Shown: positions 1-9,747, counted from the stretch's first letter. The stretch is DNA of 32,000 nt from Dickeya dadantii NCPPB 898 (GCF_000406145.1 NZ_CM001976.1:1652551-1684550); one strand, 5' to 3'. The notes: a model not told the origin generated them from the letters alone. Numbers and translations are program-made.

Positions 1-606
1 GACCTGCATGAAAAAGGGCTGATTGAGAAGCTGCTGGATACCCAGTGCTTTGACGCCAACGCGGCGGCATCGCTGGCGAAAAACCCCAACCATGTGGAAA
101 TCTCCACCAACGTCTACGCCAACCCCAGTGCCAAGGCCGCCTGCTGCGACCAGCTGGACGTGGTGATCCTGAGCGCGCTGGAAATCGACACCCAGTTTAA
201 CGTCAACGTGATCACCGGCTCCGACGGGGTGATGCGCGGCGCGTCCGGCGGCCATTGCGACGTGGCGACGGCGGCCAACCTGACCATCGTGGTGGCGCCG
301 TTGATCCGCAGCCGTATTCCGACGGTGGTGCGTCAGGTGACGACCTGCGTGACGCCGGGCAGCGCCATCGACGTGCTGGTGACCGACCACGGCATCGCCG
401 TCAACCCGGCGCGTCCGGAGGTGGCGGAGCGGCTGGTCAGCGCCGGTCTGCGCGTGATGTCGATTGAAGAATTGTACCAGCGGGCGATCCAGCTGGTGGG
501 CGAACCGAAGGCCATCGAATTCCACGACCGCATCGTCGGGGTGATCCGCTACCGTGACGGCAGTGTGATTGACGTGGTGCGTCAGGTTAAAGAGGACAAC
601 GAGTGA
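1..606 (+). CDS. citF: Citrate lyase alpha subunit (citrate CoA-transferase), C-terminal 201 aa; the 5' end lies upstream of the window
   Basis: Frame 1 is open from base 1 (DLHEKGLIEKLLDTQCFDANAAASLAKNPNHVEIS...) and runs into the listed 94..606 ORF. LSALEIDTQFNVNVITGSDGVMRGASGGHCD, VLVTDHGIAVNPARPEVAERL and VIRYRDGSVIDVVRQVKE match my recollection of the enterobacterial CitF C-terminus. TGA at 604-606. Confidence 0.85.
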   Translation, partial: DLHEKGLIEKLLDTQCFDANAAASLAKNPNHVEISTNVYANPSAKAACCDQLDVVILSALEIDTQFNVNVITGSDGVMRGASGGHCDVATAANLTIVVAPLIRSRIPTVVRQVTTCVTPGSAIDVLVTDHGIAVNPARPEVAERLVSAGLRVMSIEELYQRAIQLVGEPKAIEFHDRIVGVIRYRDGSVIDVVRQVKEDNE

Positions 607-892
607 GCGCCGTGACGCCAGAACCCCCATATGTCGGGTATCCGGCGTCGTCATGTGTTTGTTGATCGAACCGGTGTCCGTTGATCGACTCAAGGCCGAT
701 CAAGTTAGCATCGCTACGTTATTTTTCTGTTTTAATCTTATTTCCCGGCGCCGGAGGTTACCTGCGCCGGAATAGTATTTTGCTGACAAGGAATAACGTC
801 GCTGATAGGTATTTAATTCGCTGAGTATAAGTCTGTTTCTATTTTTAGTGTGAATTACGCATTGATTACCATTGTCATGGTAAGGAGCTGTC

Positions 893-3493
893 ATGTTAGA
901 ACATTATCATGCCCATATTGCCGAACGACGTGAAATGGGTATTCCTCCCAGGCCCCTAAATACCCAACAGGCTACAGAGCTGGTGGCGCAGTTGAGTGCT
1001 GCAGAAAATCAGTCATCCACTGATATTCCCGCATGGCTCGATTTACTGACTTATCATATTTCCCCCGGCGTTGATGATGCCGCGCAGGTTAAGGCGGCCT
1101 TTTTAGGGAAAATTGTCCGTGGCGAGATCACCGTTGCGGCACTTTCTCCGATTGCCGCGGTGCGTTTATTAGCGACCATGCAAGGCGGCTATAATATTCA
1201 GCCATTAATTGATGCGCTGGATAATTATGCGTTGGCAGACGAAGCGGTAAAGGCCCTGAGTCATACCCTGCTGATATTTGATTATTTTAACGAGATAGAA
1301 GAGAAAGCCCGGCAGGGGAATGTCTATGCATTGCGGGTATTACAGTCCTGGGCCGATGCAGAGTGGTTTACCGCACGTCCGGCACTGGCAGAAAAAATCA
1401 CGCTGACGGTTTTCAAGGTGTCGGGGGAAACCAACACCGATGACCTGTCACCTGCACCGGAAGCCTGGTCGCGCCCGGATATTCCGCTGCATGCACTGTG
1501 CATGTTGAGTGTTCCCCGCGACGGCGTTACGCCGGATAAACCGGGGAGTATCGGCCCGGTGGCGCAGATGCTGGCATTGAAAGCGCAGGGTTATCCGTTG
1601 GTGTATGTTGGCGATGTGGTGGGCACCGGCTCATCGCGCAAATCTGCCACCAATTCGATTTTATGGCACCTCGGGCAGGATATTCCGTTTGTGCCCAATA
1701 AACGTGCCGGTGGGGTGGTGCTGGCCGGTAAAATCGCGCCGATTTTCTTTAATACCCTGGAAGACTCCGGCGCGCTGCCGATTGAGATGGATGTGGCTGC
1801 TCTGGCAACCGGTGATGTGATTGATATTTATCCCTATCAGGGCGAGGTGCGCCGTCACGATGGTCAGACGGTACTTACCCGTTTTACGCTGAAAACCGAT
1901 GTGCTGCTTGATGAAGTGCGTGCCGGAGGGCGTATTGCGTTGATCATTGGCCGTAGCCTGACCGCGCGTGCCCGTCAGGCGCTGGGGCTGGCGCAAAGCA
2001 CGGTATTTCGTCTGCCTAAGGCTCCAACTGCATCGTCACACGGGTATACGCTGGCGCAGAAAATCGTGGGTAAGGCGTGTGGCGTTGCCGGTGTGCGGCC
2101 GGGGCAGTACTGCGAGCCGCGCATGACCACCGTGGGCTCGCAGGATACCACCGGCGGCATGACGCGTGACGAACTGAAAGATTTGGCGTGTCTGCAATTC
2201 TCCGCCGATTTAGTGATGCAATCGTTCTGCCATACATCGGCCTACCCGAAACCGGTCGATGTTAACCTGCATAAAACCTTGCCGGATTTTATCACCCGGC
2301 GTAATGGGGTCTCGCTGCGTCCGGGCGATGGCATCATCCATTCCTGGCTCAACCGGATGCTGGTGCCCGATACCGTTGGCACCGGCGCTGATTCCCACAC
2401 CCGTTTCCCGATTGGTCTGTCGTTCCCCGGCGGTTCCGGTCTGGTGGCGTTCGCGGCGGCAACCGGCATCATGCCGCTGGATATGCCGGAGTCGGTGCTG
2501 GTGCGCTTCAAGGGACAAATGCAGCCAGGCATCACGTTGCGCGATCTGGTTCATGCCATCCCTTATTTTGCCATTCAGCAAGGGCTGTTGACGGTGGCGA
2601 AGCAGGGGAAGAAAAACATTTTCTCCGGCCGCATTCTGGAAATTGAAGGCCTGAGTGGCTTGAGCGTCGAGCAGGCGTTTGAACTGGCGGATGCTTCGGC
2701 AGAGCGCTCGGCGGCGGCCTGCACCATTAAACTTGAACAAGCCGACGTAGAAACCTATCTGCGCTCGAATGTGGCGCTGCTGCGCACCATGATCGCCGAG
2801 GGGTATCAGGATGCGCCGACGCTGGCGCGGCGTATTGAACGTATGGAGCAGTGGCTGGACGATCCGAGGTTGCTGACAGCCGATGCGGATGCAGAGTATG
2901 CCGCCGTCATCGAGATAGACCTGGCGGCTATCCGCGAGCCGATTTTGTGCGTCCCCAATGACCCGGATGACGTGAAAACGCTCTCTGAGGTGGCAGGAAA
3001 CCGCATTGATGAGGTGTTTATCGGCTCATGTATGACCAATATTGGGCACTTCCGGGCGGCGGGTAAACTGATGTCGCAACATCAGGGGGATATCGTCGCC
3101 CGGCTATGGCTGGCGCCGCCCACACGTATGGATGCCCATCAGCTCAGCGACGAGGGCTATTTCAGCCAGTTTATCAAGTCAGGTGTGCGTATTGAACCGG
3201 CCGGATGTTCGCTATGTATGGGGAATCAGGCCAGAGTGAAAGCCGGCAGTCATGTCGTTTCCACCTCTACCCGCAATTTCCCGCACCGTCTTGGCACTGA
3301 TGCCAGCGTTTATCTGGCATCGGCCGAGTTGAGTACGGTAGCGGCGATACTGGGTCGGTTGCCCTCGGCGGCGGAATATCTGCAACAGGTGGCGGTTCTG
3401 TCCCAGTCGGCGTCGGAGATTTACCGCTATTTGAATTTCGCCTCGTCCGCAGATCCGGTGGCAGAAAAACGCATTCCGATACAGGCTGTCTAA
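893..3493 (+). CDS. acnB: Bifunctional aconitate hydratase 2 / 2-methylisocitrate dehydratase family (AcnB-type), 866 aa
   Basis: Collinear over its full length with remembered E. coli AcnB (865 aa): MLE.Y..H.AER start, TVFKVSGETNTDDLSPAPEAWSRPDIPLHAL, VGTGSSRKSATNS, SQDTTGGMTRDELKDLACL. Fe-S ligand motifs FIGSCMTNIGH and GCSLCMGNQARV are intact. AGGAG at 883-887 lies 5 nt before the ATG at 893. Confidence 0.95.
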   Translation: MLEHYHAHIAERREMGIPPRPLNTQQATELVAQLSAAENQSSTDIPAWLDLLTYHISPGVDDAAQVKAAFLGKIVRGEITVAALSPIAAVRLLATMQGGYNIQPLIDALDNYALADEAVKALSHTLLIFDYFNEIEEKARQGNVYALRVLQSWADAEWFTARPALAEKITLTVFKVSGETNTDDLSPAPEAWSRPDIPLHALCMLSVPRDGVTPDKPGSIGPVAQMLALKAQGYPLVYVGDVVGTGSSRKSATNSILWHLGQDIPFVPNKRAGGVVLAGKIAPIFFNTLEDSGALPIEMDVAALATGDVIDIYPYQGEVRRHDGQTVLTRFTLKTDVLLDEVRAGGRIALIIGRSLTARARQALGLAQSTVFRLPKAPTASSHGYTLAQKIVGKACGVAGVRPGQYCEPRMTTVGSQDTTGGMTRDELKDLACLQFSADLVMQSFCHTSAYPKPVDVNLHKTLPDFITRRNGVSLRPGDGIIHSWLNRMLVPDTVGTGADSHTRFPIGLSFPGGSGLVAFAAATGIMPLDMPESVLVRFKGQMQPGITLRDLVHAIPYFAIQQGLLTVAKQGKKNIFSGRILEIEGLSGLSVEQAFELADASAERSAAACTIKLEQADVETYLRSNVALLRTMIAEGYQDAPTLARRIERMEQWLDDPRLLTADADAEYAAVIEIDLAAIREPILCVPNDPDDVKTLSEVAGNRIDEVFIGSCMTNIGHFRAAGKLMSQHQGDIVARLWLAPPTRMDAHQLSDEGYFSQFIKSGVRIEPAGCSLCMGNQARVKAGSHVVSTSTRNFPHRLGTDASVYLASAELSTVAAILGRLPSAAEYLQQVAVLSQSASEIYRYLNFASSADPVAEKRIPIQAV

Positions 3494-3497
3494 GATC

Positions 3498-3527
3498 GTT
3501 GGCCCGCATGTGCTGATGCGGGCCAAC
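3498..3527 (+). terminator. Stem-loop directly after the acnB-type gene; possible terminator, no U-tract
   Basis: Perfect 12-bp inverted repeat GTTGGCCCGCAT (3498-3509) / ATGCGGGCCAAC (3516-3527) with a 6-nt loop, starting 5 nt after the stop codon. It is followed by gacgaccgaac, so it is not a canonical intrinsic terminator. Confidence 0.45.
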
Positions 3528-3900
3528 GACGACCGAACATTCCCGCTTGCATCAACGCAGACGACCTCGCCACGCCCATTCGCATTGTTATGACAATCTC
3601 GTATTTATGACTGACCCGTCGACTGTTGACGGTATGTTGCAAAATCGCGTCAGGCAGGTTTATTCACTTTCTTTCTGAGCCGACGGATTGTTACGCATTC
3701 GTGGCGATAGGTTACCGGTATGAGTAAATGATGGTGGGCCGTGATGAGAGAAGAGGTTTTGCGGTCGAAACACCCAGGGTGGAACAGCGCCAATATGTCG
3801 ATTAAATAAGCATATTTATCGTTATGTATTTAATTATATATCGAAAATCCACCTGCCAATACCCATAAAGGGGGTGAATGTACTATTAAAACCGTAATTT

Positions 3901-3914
3901 TTGATTTTGCTCAA
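3901..3914 (+). promoter_or_regulatory. FNR-like site upstream of fdnG
   Basis: TTGATtttgCTCAA differs from the FNR consensus TTGAT-N4-ATCAA at one position. If centred at -42.5, the -10 window falls on TAGATT (3936-3941), about 40 nt before the fdnG ATG. TACCCAT at 3860-3866 fits the NarL heptamer TACYYMT. Confidence 0.4.
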
Positions 3915-3982
3915 AATCTCCTCGTGGCGTGTTGTTAGATTTCCCGCAACAAAAAAAATACATAAATTCTATAGGGAAAAGC

Positions 3983-6900
3983 ATGCAAGTTAATCGAAGG
4001 GGCTTTTTTAAAGTCTGTGCCGGGGGAATGGCTGGGACTACACTCGCTGTTTTAGGATTTACACCAACGGAAGCCATGGCCTCAGTCCGTCAGTACAAGC
4101 TGCTGCGGGCGAAAGAAACGCGCAATAACTGCACTTACTGTTCCGTCGGTTGCGGGCTGCTGATGTACAGCCTGGGCGACGGGGCGAAAAACGCCAAACC
4201 CGCCATCTTTCACATCGAAGGGGACCCGGATCACCCGGTCAGTCGCGGCTCTTTATGCCCGAAAGGCGCCGGTCTGGTGGACTACATCCACAGCGAAGGC
4301 CGCCTGAAATACCCGCAATACCGCGCGCCCGGTTCGGATAAATGGCAGCGCATCAGCTGGGATGACGCCATTGACCGCATCGCCCGTCTGATGAAAAAAG
4401 ACCGTGACGCCAATTTCGAGCGCCTCAACGCCAAAGGCGCGCTGGTCAACCGCTGGCTGACCACCGGGATGCTGTGCTCTTCCGCCGCCAGTAATGAAAC
4501 CGGCATTCTTGACCAGAAGTTCGCCCGTTCGCTGGGTATGGTCGCCATCGATTGTCAGGCGCGCTTGTGCCACGGCCCGACCGTGGCCGCGCTGGCGCCG
4601 ACCTTCGGCCGTGGAGCGATGACCAACAACTGGGTGGATATCAAAAACGCCAACGTGATTATCGTGATGGGCGGCAACGCGGCGGAAGCGCACCCGGTCG
4701 GCTTCAAATGGGCGGTGGAAGCTCAAACCCACAACGACGCTAAACTGATCGTGGTCGATCCGCGCTTTAACCGCTCCGCCGCGGTGGCCGATTTGTACGC
4801 GCCGATCCGCGCCGGCTCCGACGCCGCGTTCCTGCTGGGGGTCGTCAACTATCTGATCACCCACGACAAAATTCACCACGACTACGTGAAGTCTTACACC
4901 AGCGCCAGCCTGATCGTGCGTGAGGATTTCAGCTTCGACGAGGGCTTGTTCAGCGGCTATAACGCCCAGACCCACCAGTATGACAAGAGCAGTTGGCAGT
5001 ACGAACTGGGGGCGGACGGTTTCGCCAAACGCGACATGACGCTGACTCACCCGCGTTGCGTGTGGAACCTGCTGAAAAAACACGTTTCCCGCTACACGCC
5101 GGAGATGGTGACCTCGCTGTGCGGCACGCCGGCGAAGGCGTACGAAGAGATCTGTCAGTCGCTGGCGGATACCTGCGTACCCAACAAAACCGCGACTTTC
5201 ATGTACGCGCTGGGCTGGACCCACCACACCAACGGCGCGCAGATTATCCGCGCGGCGGCGATGATCCAGCTGCTGCTGGGCAACATCGGTATGGCGGGCG
5301 GCGGCATCAACGCGCTGCGCGGCCACTCCAACATTCAGGGCTATACCGACCTGGGGCTGTTGAGCCTCAACCTGCCGGGCTATATGCCGCTGCCGTCCGA
5401 AAAACAGGGCGACCTGAAAACCTATCTCAGTCAGATCACGCCGGATGCGCTGCTGCCGGATCAGGTCAACTACTGGAAGAATACGCCGAAGTTTTTTATC
5501 AGCATGATGAAGAGCTTCTGGGGCGATAACGCGCAGGCGTCCAACAACTGGGGTTACGACTGGTTGCCGAAATGGGACCGCAGCTATGACGTGATGGCCC
5601 AGACCGAGCTGATGCTGGACGGCAAAATGAACGGCTATATCGTTCAGGGCTTTAACCCGCTGGCGGCGTTCTCCAACAAGAACAAGGCCACCGCCGCACT
5701 GTCGAAACTGAAATACATGGTGGTGATCGACCCGCTGGCCACCGAAACCTCCACCTTCTGGCAGAATCACGGCGAGTTCAACGATGTGAACCCGGCCGAG
5801 ATCCAGACCGAGGTGTTCCGCCTGCCGTCCAGTTGCTTTGCCGAAGAAAACGGCTCTATCGCCAACTCCGGCCGCTGGCTGCAATGGCACTGGGCCGCGG
5901 CCGAGCCGCCGGGAGAGGCGCTGCACGACGGTAAGATCCTCGGCCGCCTGATGATGCGTCTGCGTGAGCTGTACCGTGAAGAGGGCGGCGTCTGCCCGGA
6001 ACCGGTGATGAACATCAACTGGAACTATCAGGACCCGGAAGACCCGACGCCGGAAGAGATCGCCCGTGAATCCAATGGCATGGCGCTGGCGGACGTGTTC
6101 GACGACAAAGGCAATCTGGTGCTGAAAAAAGGCCAGCAGTTGGCGGACTTCTCGCAACTGCGCGACGACGGCACCACCGCCAGCTTCTGCTGGATTTACG
6201 CCGGTAGCTGGACCGAAGCCGGCAACCAGATGGCGAATCGCGACAACACCGACGTCGGCCTTGGCGCCACGCCGGGTTGGGCCTGGTGCTGGCCGCAAAA
6301 CCGCCGCATCCTGTACAACCGCGCCTCGGCGGATTTGCAGGGCAAACCCTGGGACAGCAAACGTAAGCTGCTGGAATGGACCGGCCAGAAGTGGAAAGGC
6401 ATCGACGTGCCGGACTTCGCCGCCACGGTGCCGCCGGGCAAAGACACCATGCCGTTCATCATGCTGCCGGAAGGGGTGGCGCGTCTGTTCTCGCTGGACA
6501 AACTGACGGATGGCCCATTCCCGGAACACTACGAGCCGATAGAAAGCCCGATCGGCACCAACCCGCTGCACCCGGCGGTGGTATCTAACCCGGCGGCGCG
6601 TCTGTTTGCGCGCGATGCCAAAACCATGGGCAAGGCGAGCGATTTCCCGTACGTCGCCACCACCTATTCCATTACCGAGCTGTTCCGTCACTGGACCAAA
6701 CACGCGCGCATGAACGCTATCGTCCAGCCTGAGCAGTTTGTCGAAATCGGCGAAAACCTGGCGAAAAGCAAAGGGATTCAGGCGGGCGATATGGTGAAAG
6801 TGTCCTGCCAGCGCGGTTACATCAAAGCGAAAGCGGTGGTGACCAAGCGCATCAAGACGCTGACCGTGGCCGGAAAAGCGATCGAAACCGTCGGCATTCC

Positions 6901-7030
6901 CTGTCACTGGGGATTCGAGGGGACGACGCGCAAGGGATTCCTGGCGAATACCCTGACGCCCAGCGTCGGCGATGCCAACTCGCAAACGCCGGAGTACAAG
7001 GCGTTTCTGGTCAATGTGGAAAAGGTGTAA
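3983..7030 (+). CDS. fdnG: Formate dehydrogenase (N/O type) catalytic molybdopterin subunit, Tat-exported, Cys-type (no selenocysteine), 1015 aa
   Basis: Collinear with remembered E. coli FdnG/FdoG (1015 aa). Tat signal MQVNRRGFFKVCAGGMAGTTLAVLGF. 4Fe-4S motif CTYCSVGCG. Residue 196 is TGC (Cys, 4568-4570) where E. coli has UGA-Sec. I chose the ATG at 3983 over the GTG at 3929 because the Tat signal starts at 3983. I cannot distinguish fdn from fdo. Confidence 0.95.
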   Translation: MQVNRRGFFKVCAGGMAGTTLAVLGFTPTEAMASVRQYKLLRAKETRNNCTYCSVGCGLLMYSLGDGAKNAKPAIFHIEGDPDHPVSRGSLCPKGAGLVDYIHSEGRLKYPQYRAPGSDKWQRISWDDAIDRIARLMKKDRDANFERLNAKGALVNRWLTTGMLCSSAASNETGILDQKFARSLGMVAIDCQARLCHGPTVAALAPTFGRGAMTNNWVDIKNANVIIVMGGNAAEAHPVGFKWAVEAQTHNDAKLIVVDPRFNRSAAVADLYAPIRAGSDAAFLLGVVNYLITHDKIHHDYVKSYTSASLIVREDFSFDEGLFSGYNAQTHQYDKSSWQYELGADGFAKRDMTLTHPRCVWNLLKKHVSRYTPEMVTSLCGTPAKAYEEICQSLADTCVPNKTATFMYALGWTHHTNGAQIIRAAAMIQLLLGNIGMAGGGINALRGHSNIQGYTDLGLLSLNLPGYMPLPSEKQGDLKTYLSQITPDALLPDQVNYWKNTPKFFISMMKSFWGDNAQASNNWGYDWLPKWDRSYDVMAQTELMLDGKMNGYIVQGFNPLAAFSNKNKATAALSKLKYMVVIDPLATETSTFWQNHGEFNDVNPAEIQTEVFRLPSSCFAEENGSIANSGRWLQWHWAAAEPPGEALHDGKILGRLMMRLRELYREEGGVCPEPVMNINWNYQDPEDPTPEEIARESNGMALADVFDDKGNLVLKKGQQLADFSQLRDDGTTASFCWIYAGSWTEAGNQMANRDNTDVGLGATPGWAWCWPQNRRILYNRASADLQGKPWDSKRKLLEWTGQKWKGIDVPDFAATVPPGKDTMPFIMLPEGVARLFSLDKLTDGPFPEHYEPIESPIGTNPLHPAVVSNPAARLFARDAKTMGKASDFPYVATTYSITELFRHWTKHARMNAIVQPEQFVEIGENLAKSKGIQAGDMVKVSCQRGYIKAKAVVTKRIKTLTVAGKAIETVGIPCHWGFEGTTRKGFLANTLTPSVGDANSQTPEYKAFLVNVEKV

Positions 7031-7042
7031 GGGGAGAACGTT

Positions 7043-7951
7043 ATGTCAATGCAATCACAGGATATTATCCAACGTTCCGCTACCAGCAGCCTGACGCCGC
7101 CGCCACAGGTTCGGGATGATAAAAGCGAAGTCGCCAAACTGATCGACGTCACCACCTGTATCGGCTGTAAAGCCTGTCAGGCGGCCTGTTCCGAGTGGAA
7201 CGACATCCGTGACGAAGTCGGTCACAACGTCGGGGTGTACGACAACCCGGCCGACCTGAGCGCCAAATCCTGGACGGTGATGCGTTTCTCTGAAGTCGAG
7301 AGCGAAGACCGTCTGGAGTGGCTGATCCGCAAGGACGGCTGTATGCACTGCGCCGAACCGGGCTGCCTGAAAGCCTGCCCGTCGGCGGGTGCCATCATTC
7401 AGTACGCCAACGGCATCGTCGATTTTCAGTCCGAGCACTGTATCGGCTGCGGTTACTGCATCGCCGGCTGTCCGTTCAACATTCCGCGTTTAAATAAGCA
7501 GGATAACCGCGTCTACAAATGCACGCTGTGTGTGGATCGCGTCAGCACCGGTCAGGAACCGGCCTGCGTGAAGACCTGCCCGACCGGTGCGATTCATTTC
7601 GGTACCAAGGAAGAGATGAAACAGCTCGCCGCCGAACGTGTCGCGCATCTGCAAAAACGCGGCTACGACAAGGCCGGCCTGTACGACCCACAGGGCGTCG
7701 GCGGCACCCACGTGATGTATGTGCTGCATCATGCGGACAAACCATCGCTGTACCACAACCTGCCTGACGACCCGAAAATCTCGACGCCGGTCAACCTGTG
7801 GAAAGGCATTCTCAAACCGCTTTCGACGCTGGGCTTCGTCGCCACCTTCGCCGGGTTGATGTTCCACTACATCGGCATCGGGCCGAACACGGAAGAGACC
7901 GCGCACCCGCATGAAGGGCAACCGCACGAAGGAGAAGATAAGCATGAGTAA
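7043..7951 (+). CDS. fdnH: Formate dehydrogenase iron-sulfur (beta) subunit, 302 aa
   Basis: [47 protein letters not shown], four Cys clusters and a C-terminal TM segment, collinear with remembered E. coli FdnH. GGGGAG lies upstream of the ATG, 12 nt after the fdnG stop. Confidence 0.95.
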   Translation: MSMQSQDIIQRSATSSLTPPPQVRDDKSEVAKLIDVTTCIGCKACQAACSEWNDIRDEVGHNVGVYDNPADLSAKSWTVMRFSEVESEDRLEWLIRKDGCMHCAEPGCLKACPSAGAIIQYANGIVDFQSEHCIGCGYCIAGCPFNIPRLNKQDNRVYKCTLCVDRVSTGQEPACVKTCPTGAIHFGTKEEMKQLAAERVAHLQKRGYDKAGLYDPQGVGGTHVMYVLHHADKPSLYHNLPDDPKISTPVNLWKGILKPLSTLGFVATFAGLMFHYIGIGPNTEETAHPHEGQPHEGEDKHE

Positions 7952-8585
7952 CCCGAAAATGATTGTGCGCACCAAATTTATTGACCGTGTTTGCCACTGG
8001 ATTGTGGTGATCAGCTTCTTTATGGTGGCGCTGTCCGGCATCGCGCTGTTTTTCCCGACGCTGCAATGGCTGACGCAAACCTTCGGTACGCCGCAGATGG
8101 GGCGCATCATGCACCCGTTCTTCGGCATTCTGATCGTCATTTGTCTGGTGCCGATGTTTATCCGTTTCGTCGGTCACAACATCCCGAAACGGCGCGATCT
8201 GCCGTGGTTCCTCAACATTATCGAGGTGCTGAAGGGCAACGAGCACGAAGTGGCCGATGTGGGTAAATATAACCCCGGTCAGAAAATGATGTTCTGGAGC
8301 ATCATGGGCCTGACGCTGGTGCTGCTGATTACCGGCATCATCATGTGGCGCCCGTACTTCGCGCATCTGTTCCCGATCGACGTGGTGCGTTACGCCATTC
8401 TGTTGCACGCTACGGCGGCCATCGTGCTGATCCACGCCATCCTGATTCACATGTACATGGCGTTCTGGGTTCGCGGCTCGATCAAGGGGATGATCGAAGG
8501 CAAGGTGTCCGAGAAATGGGCGCTGAAACACCACCCGCGCTGGGCGCGTGATGTTATCGACAAGGCCAGTAAAGATAAGAAGTAA
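7944..8585 (+). CDS. fdnI: Formate dehydrogenase cytochrome b556 (gamma) subunit, 213 aa
   Basis: From the internal Met: [26 protein letters not shown]...[25 protein letters not shown], matching remembered E. coli FdnI. The ATG at 7944 overlaps the fdnH stop (ATGAGTAA), which suggests translational coupling. Confidence 0.9.
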   Translation: MSNPKMIVRTKFIDRVCHWIVVISFFMVALSGIALFFPTLQWLTQTFGTPQMGRIMHPFFGILIVICLVPMFIRFVGHNIPKRRDLPWFLNIIEVLKGNEHEVADVGKYNPGQKMMFWSIMGLTLVLLITGIIMWRPYFAHLFPIDVVRYAILLHATAAIVLIHAILIHMYMAFWVRGSIKGMIEGKVSEKWALKHHPRWARDVIDKASKDKK

Positions 8586-8594
8586 CCTTTCCTG

Positions 8595-8627
8595 CTGATG
8601 ATTCTCGCTCTGTGCGGGAATCGTCAG
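8595..8627 (+). terminator. Imperfect stem-loop after fdnI; possible operon terminator
   Basis: CTGATGATTCTCGC (8595-8608) pairs with GCGGGAATCGTCAG (8614-8627): 14 bp including two G-U pairs, with a 5-nt loop. No downstream T-run. Confidence 0.3.
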
Positions 8628-8700
8628 GCGGGTGACTAAACCCCTTACGGTGATTTGTGGTAGTCTGGCGCGTAACGGAATTCAGGGTGGGTGATGCGCC

Positions 8701-9747
8701 ATGTCACTGAAACAGATTGCAAAAACGCTGGGGCTGTCGGTTACTACCGTTAGCCGGGCGCTGAACGGCTACGATGACGTGGCCGCCGAGACGCGCCTGC
8801 GGGTGGAAGATGAGGCGCGACGCCTTGGCTATCGCCCTAACACCTTTGCCCGCCGCCTGAAAATGGGCCGTATTGACGCGGTTGGGCTGGTGTTCCCGTT
8901 GCAGCCTGCGCCGCTCAGCAATACTACCTTTATGGAAATGGTGGCGGAAATTAGCCATGAATTGTCGAAGCAGGAGATCGATCTGCTGCTGATCGCCGAC
9001 GAGGAGCAGGCTGACCATCCGGCGTTTTTGCGCATGATTGAAAGCCGCCGGGTGGATGCGCTGATTGTCGCTCACACCCTGCAACAGGACTCTCGTCTGC
9101 AATATCTGCAATCGATCGGTTTTCCGTTTCTGGCGCTCGGGCGTAGCGACCTGCCGATGCCCTATGCCTGGTTTGATTTCGACAATCAGGCCGGCGCCGC
9201 GCTCGCCACCCGTCACCTGATCGCGCTCGGCCACCGTCACATCGCCTTCCTTGGCGAACACCATCCTCAATCATTTATCGCCCAGCGCCGCGCCGGTTAT
9301 CTGGATGCACTGGCCGCCGCCGGTATCGCCCGGCGTGATGAGCTGTTGCGCCAGATAGCGCCATCGCGCCGGGAAGGATACCAAACCACTTTGCAGTGGC
9401 TGGCACTGCCGCAGCCGCCCACCGCCATCGTCGTCGACGGCAGTACGCAGGGGGAAGGGGCGGCGCTGGCGTTGCGCGACAGCGGACGCCTGCAGGGCGA
9501 GCAGGCCGTATCGCTGATCGTCTATGACGGCTTGCCGGCCGACTCGCTACTGGAGATACCGGTCACCGCCATTACGCAGGCTACGCGCGTGCAGGTGGGG
9601 CGGCAGATCGCCGATATGGTGTTTCGCCTGCTGGCGGGAGACGCGCCGGCGTCGTTGCAGGCGTTGTGGCAGCCGCAACTGCGTGCCGGACAGACCGATA
9701 ACCCGCCGCCAGCACAGGCCGGAGCACTGCTCCCGCCGACATCGTGA
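8701..9747 (+). CDS. rafR: LacI/GalR-family transcriptional repressor, likely regulator of the adjacent alpha-galactoside genes
   Basis: N-terminal HTH MSLKQIAKTLGLSVTTVSRALNGYDDVAAETRLRVEDEARRLGYRPN followed by a periplasmic-binding-protein-like sugar-binding fold. Located directly upstream of the GH36 and LacY-family genes and two palindromic operators. The symbol comes from context, not a verified ortholog. Confidence 0.8.
   Translation: MSLKQIAKTLGLSVTTVSRALNGYDDVAAETRLRVEDEARRLGYRPNTFARRLKMGRIDAVGLVFPLQPAPLSNTTFMEMVAEISHELSKQEIDLLLIADEEQADHPAFLRMIESRRVDALIVAHTLQQDSRLQYLQSIGFPFLALGRSDLPMPYAWFDFDNQAGAALATRHLIALGHRHIAFLGEHHPQSFIAQRRAGYLDALAAAGIARRDELLRQIAPSRREGYQTTLQWLALPQPPTAIVVDGSTQGEGAALALRDSGRLQGEQAVSLIVYDGLPADSLLEIPVTAITQATRVQVGRQIADMVFRLLAGDAPASLQALWQPQLRAGQTDNPPPAQAGALLPPTS

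Noticed and set aside
569-894. 68-aa and 64-aa ORFs in the citF to acnB spacer
   Set aside because: This is an AT-rich promoter-like region. There is no SD, the composition is implausible, and the ORFs overlap the citF end or the acnB start.
3929-3982. GTG start at 3929 for fdnG; similarly the upstream starts at 7911 (fdnI), 11918 (rafB), 16926 (ghrA-like), 24734 (tonB), 25075 (binding protein), 26198 (receptor) and 28467 (Tat protein)
   Set aside because: The downstream ATGs have SD sequences. They place signal peptides or conserved N-termini at residue 1. The extensions overlap upstream genes or AT-rich promoter DNA.
4253-6985. 910-aa ORF antisense to fdnG
   Set aside because: It is the mirror frame of a strongly conserved, full-length fdnG. 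Its composition is Arg/Gly/Ala/Val/His-rich and low in complexity, typical of stop-free antisense frames in GC3-rich genes. No recognisable domain.
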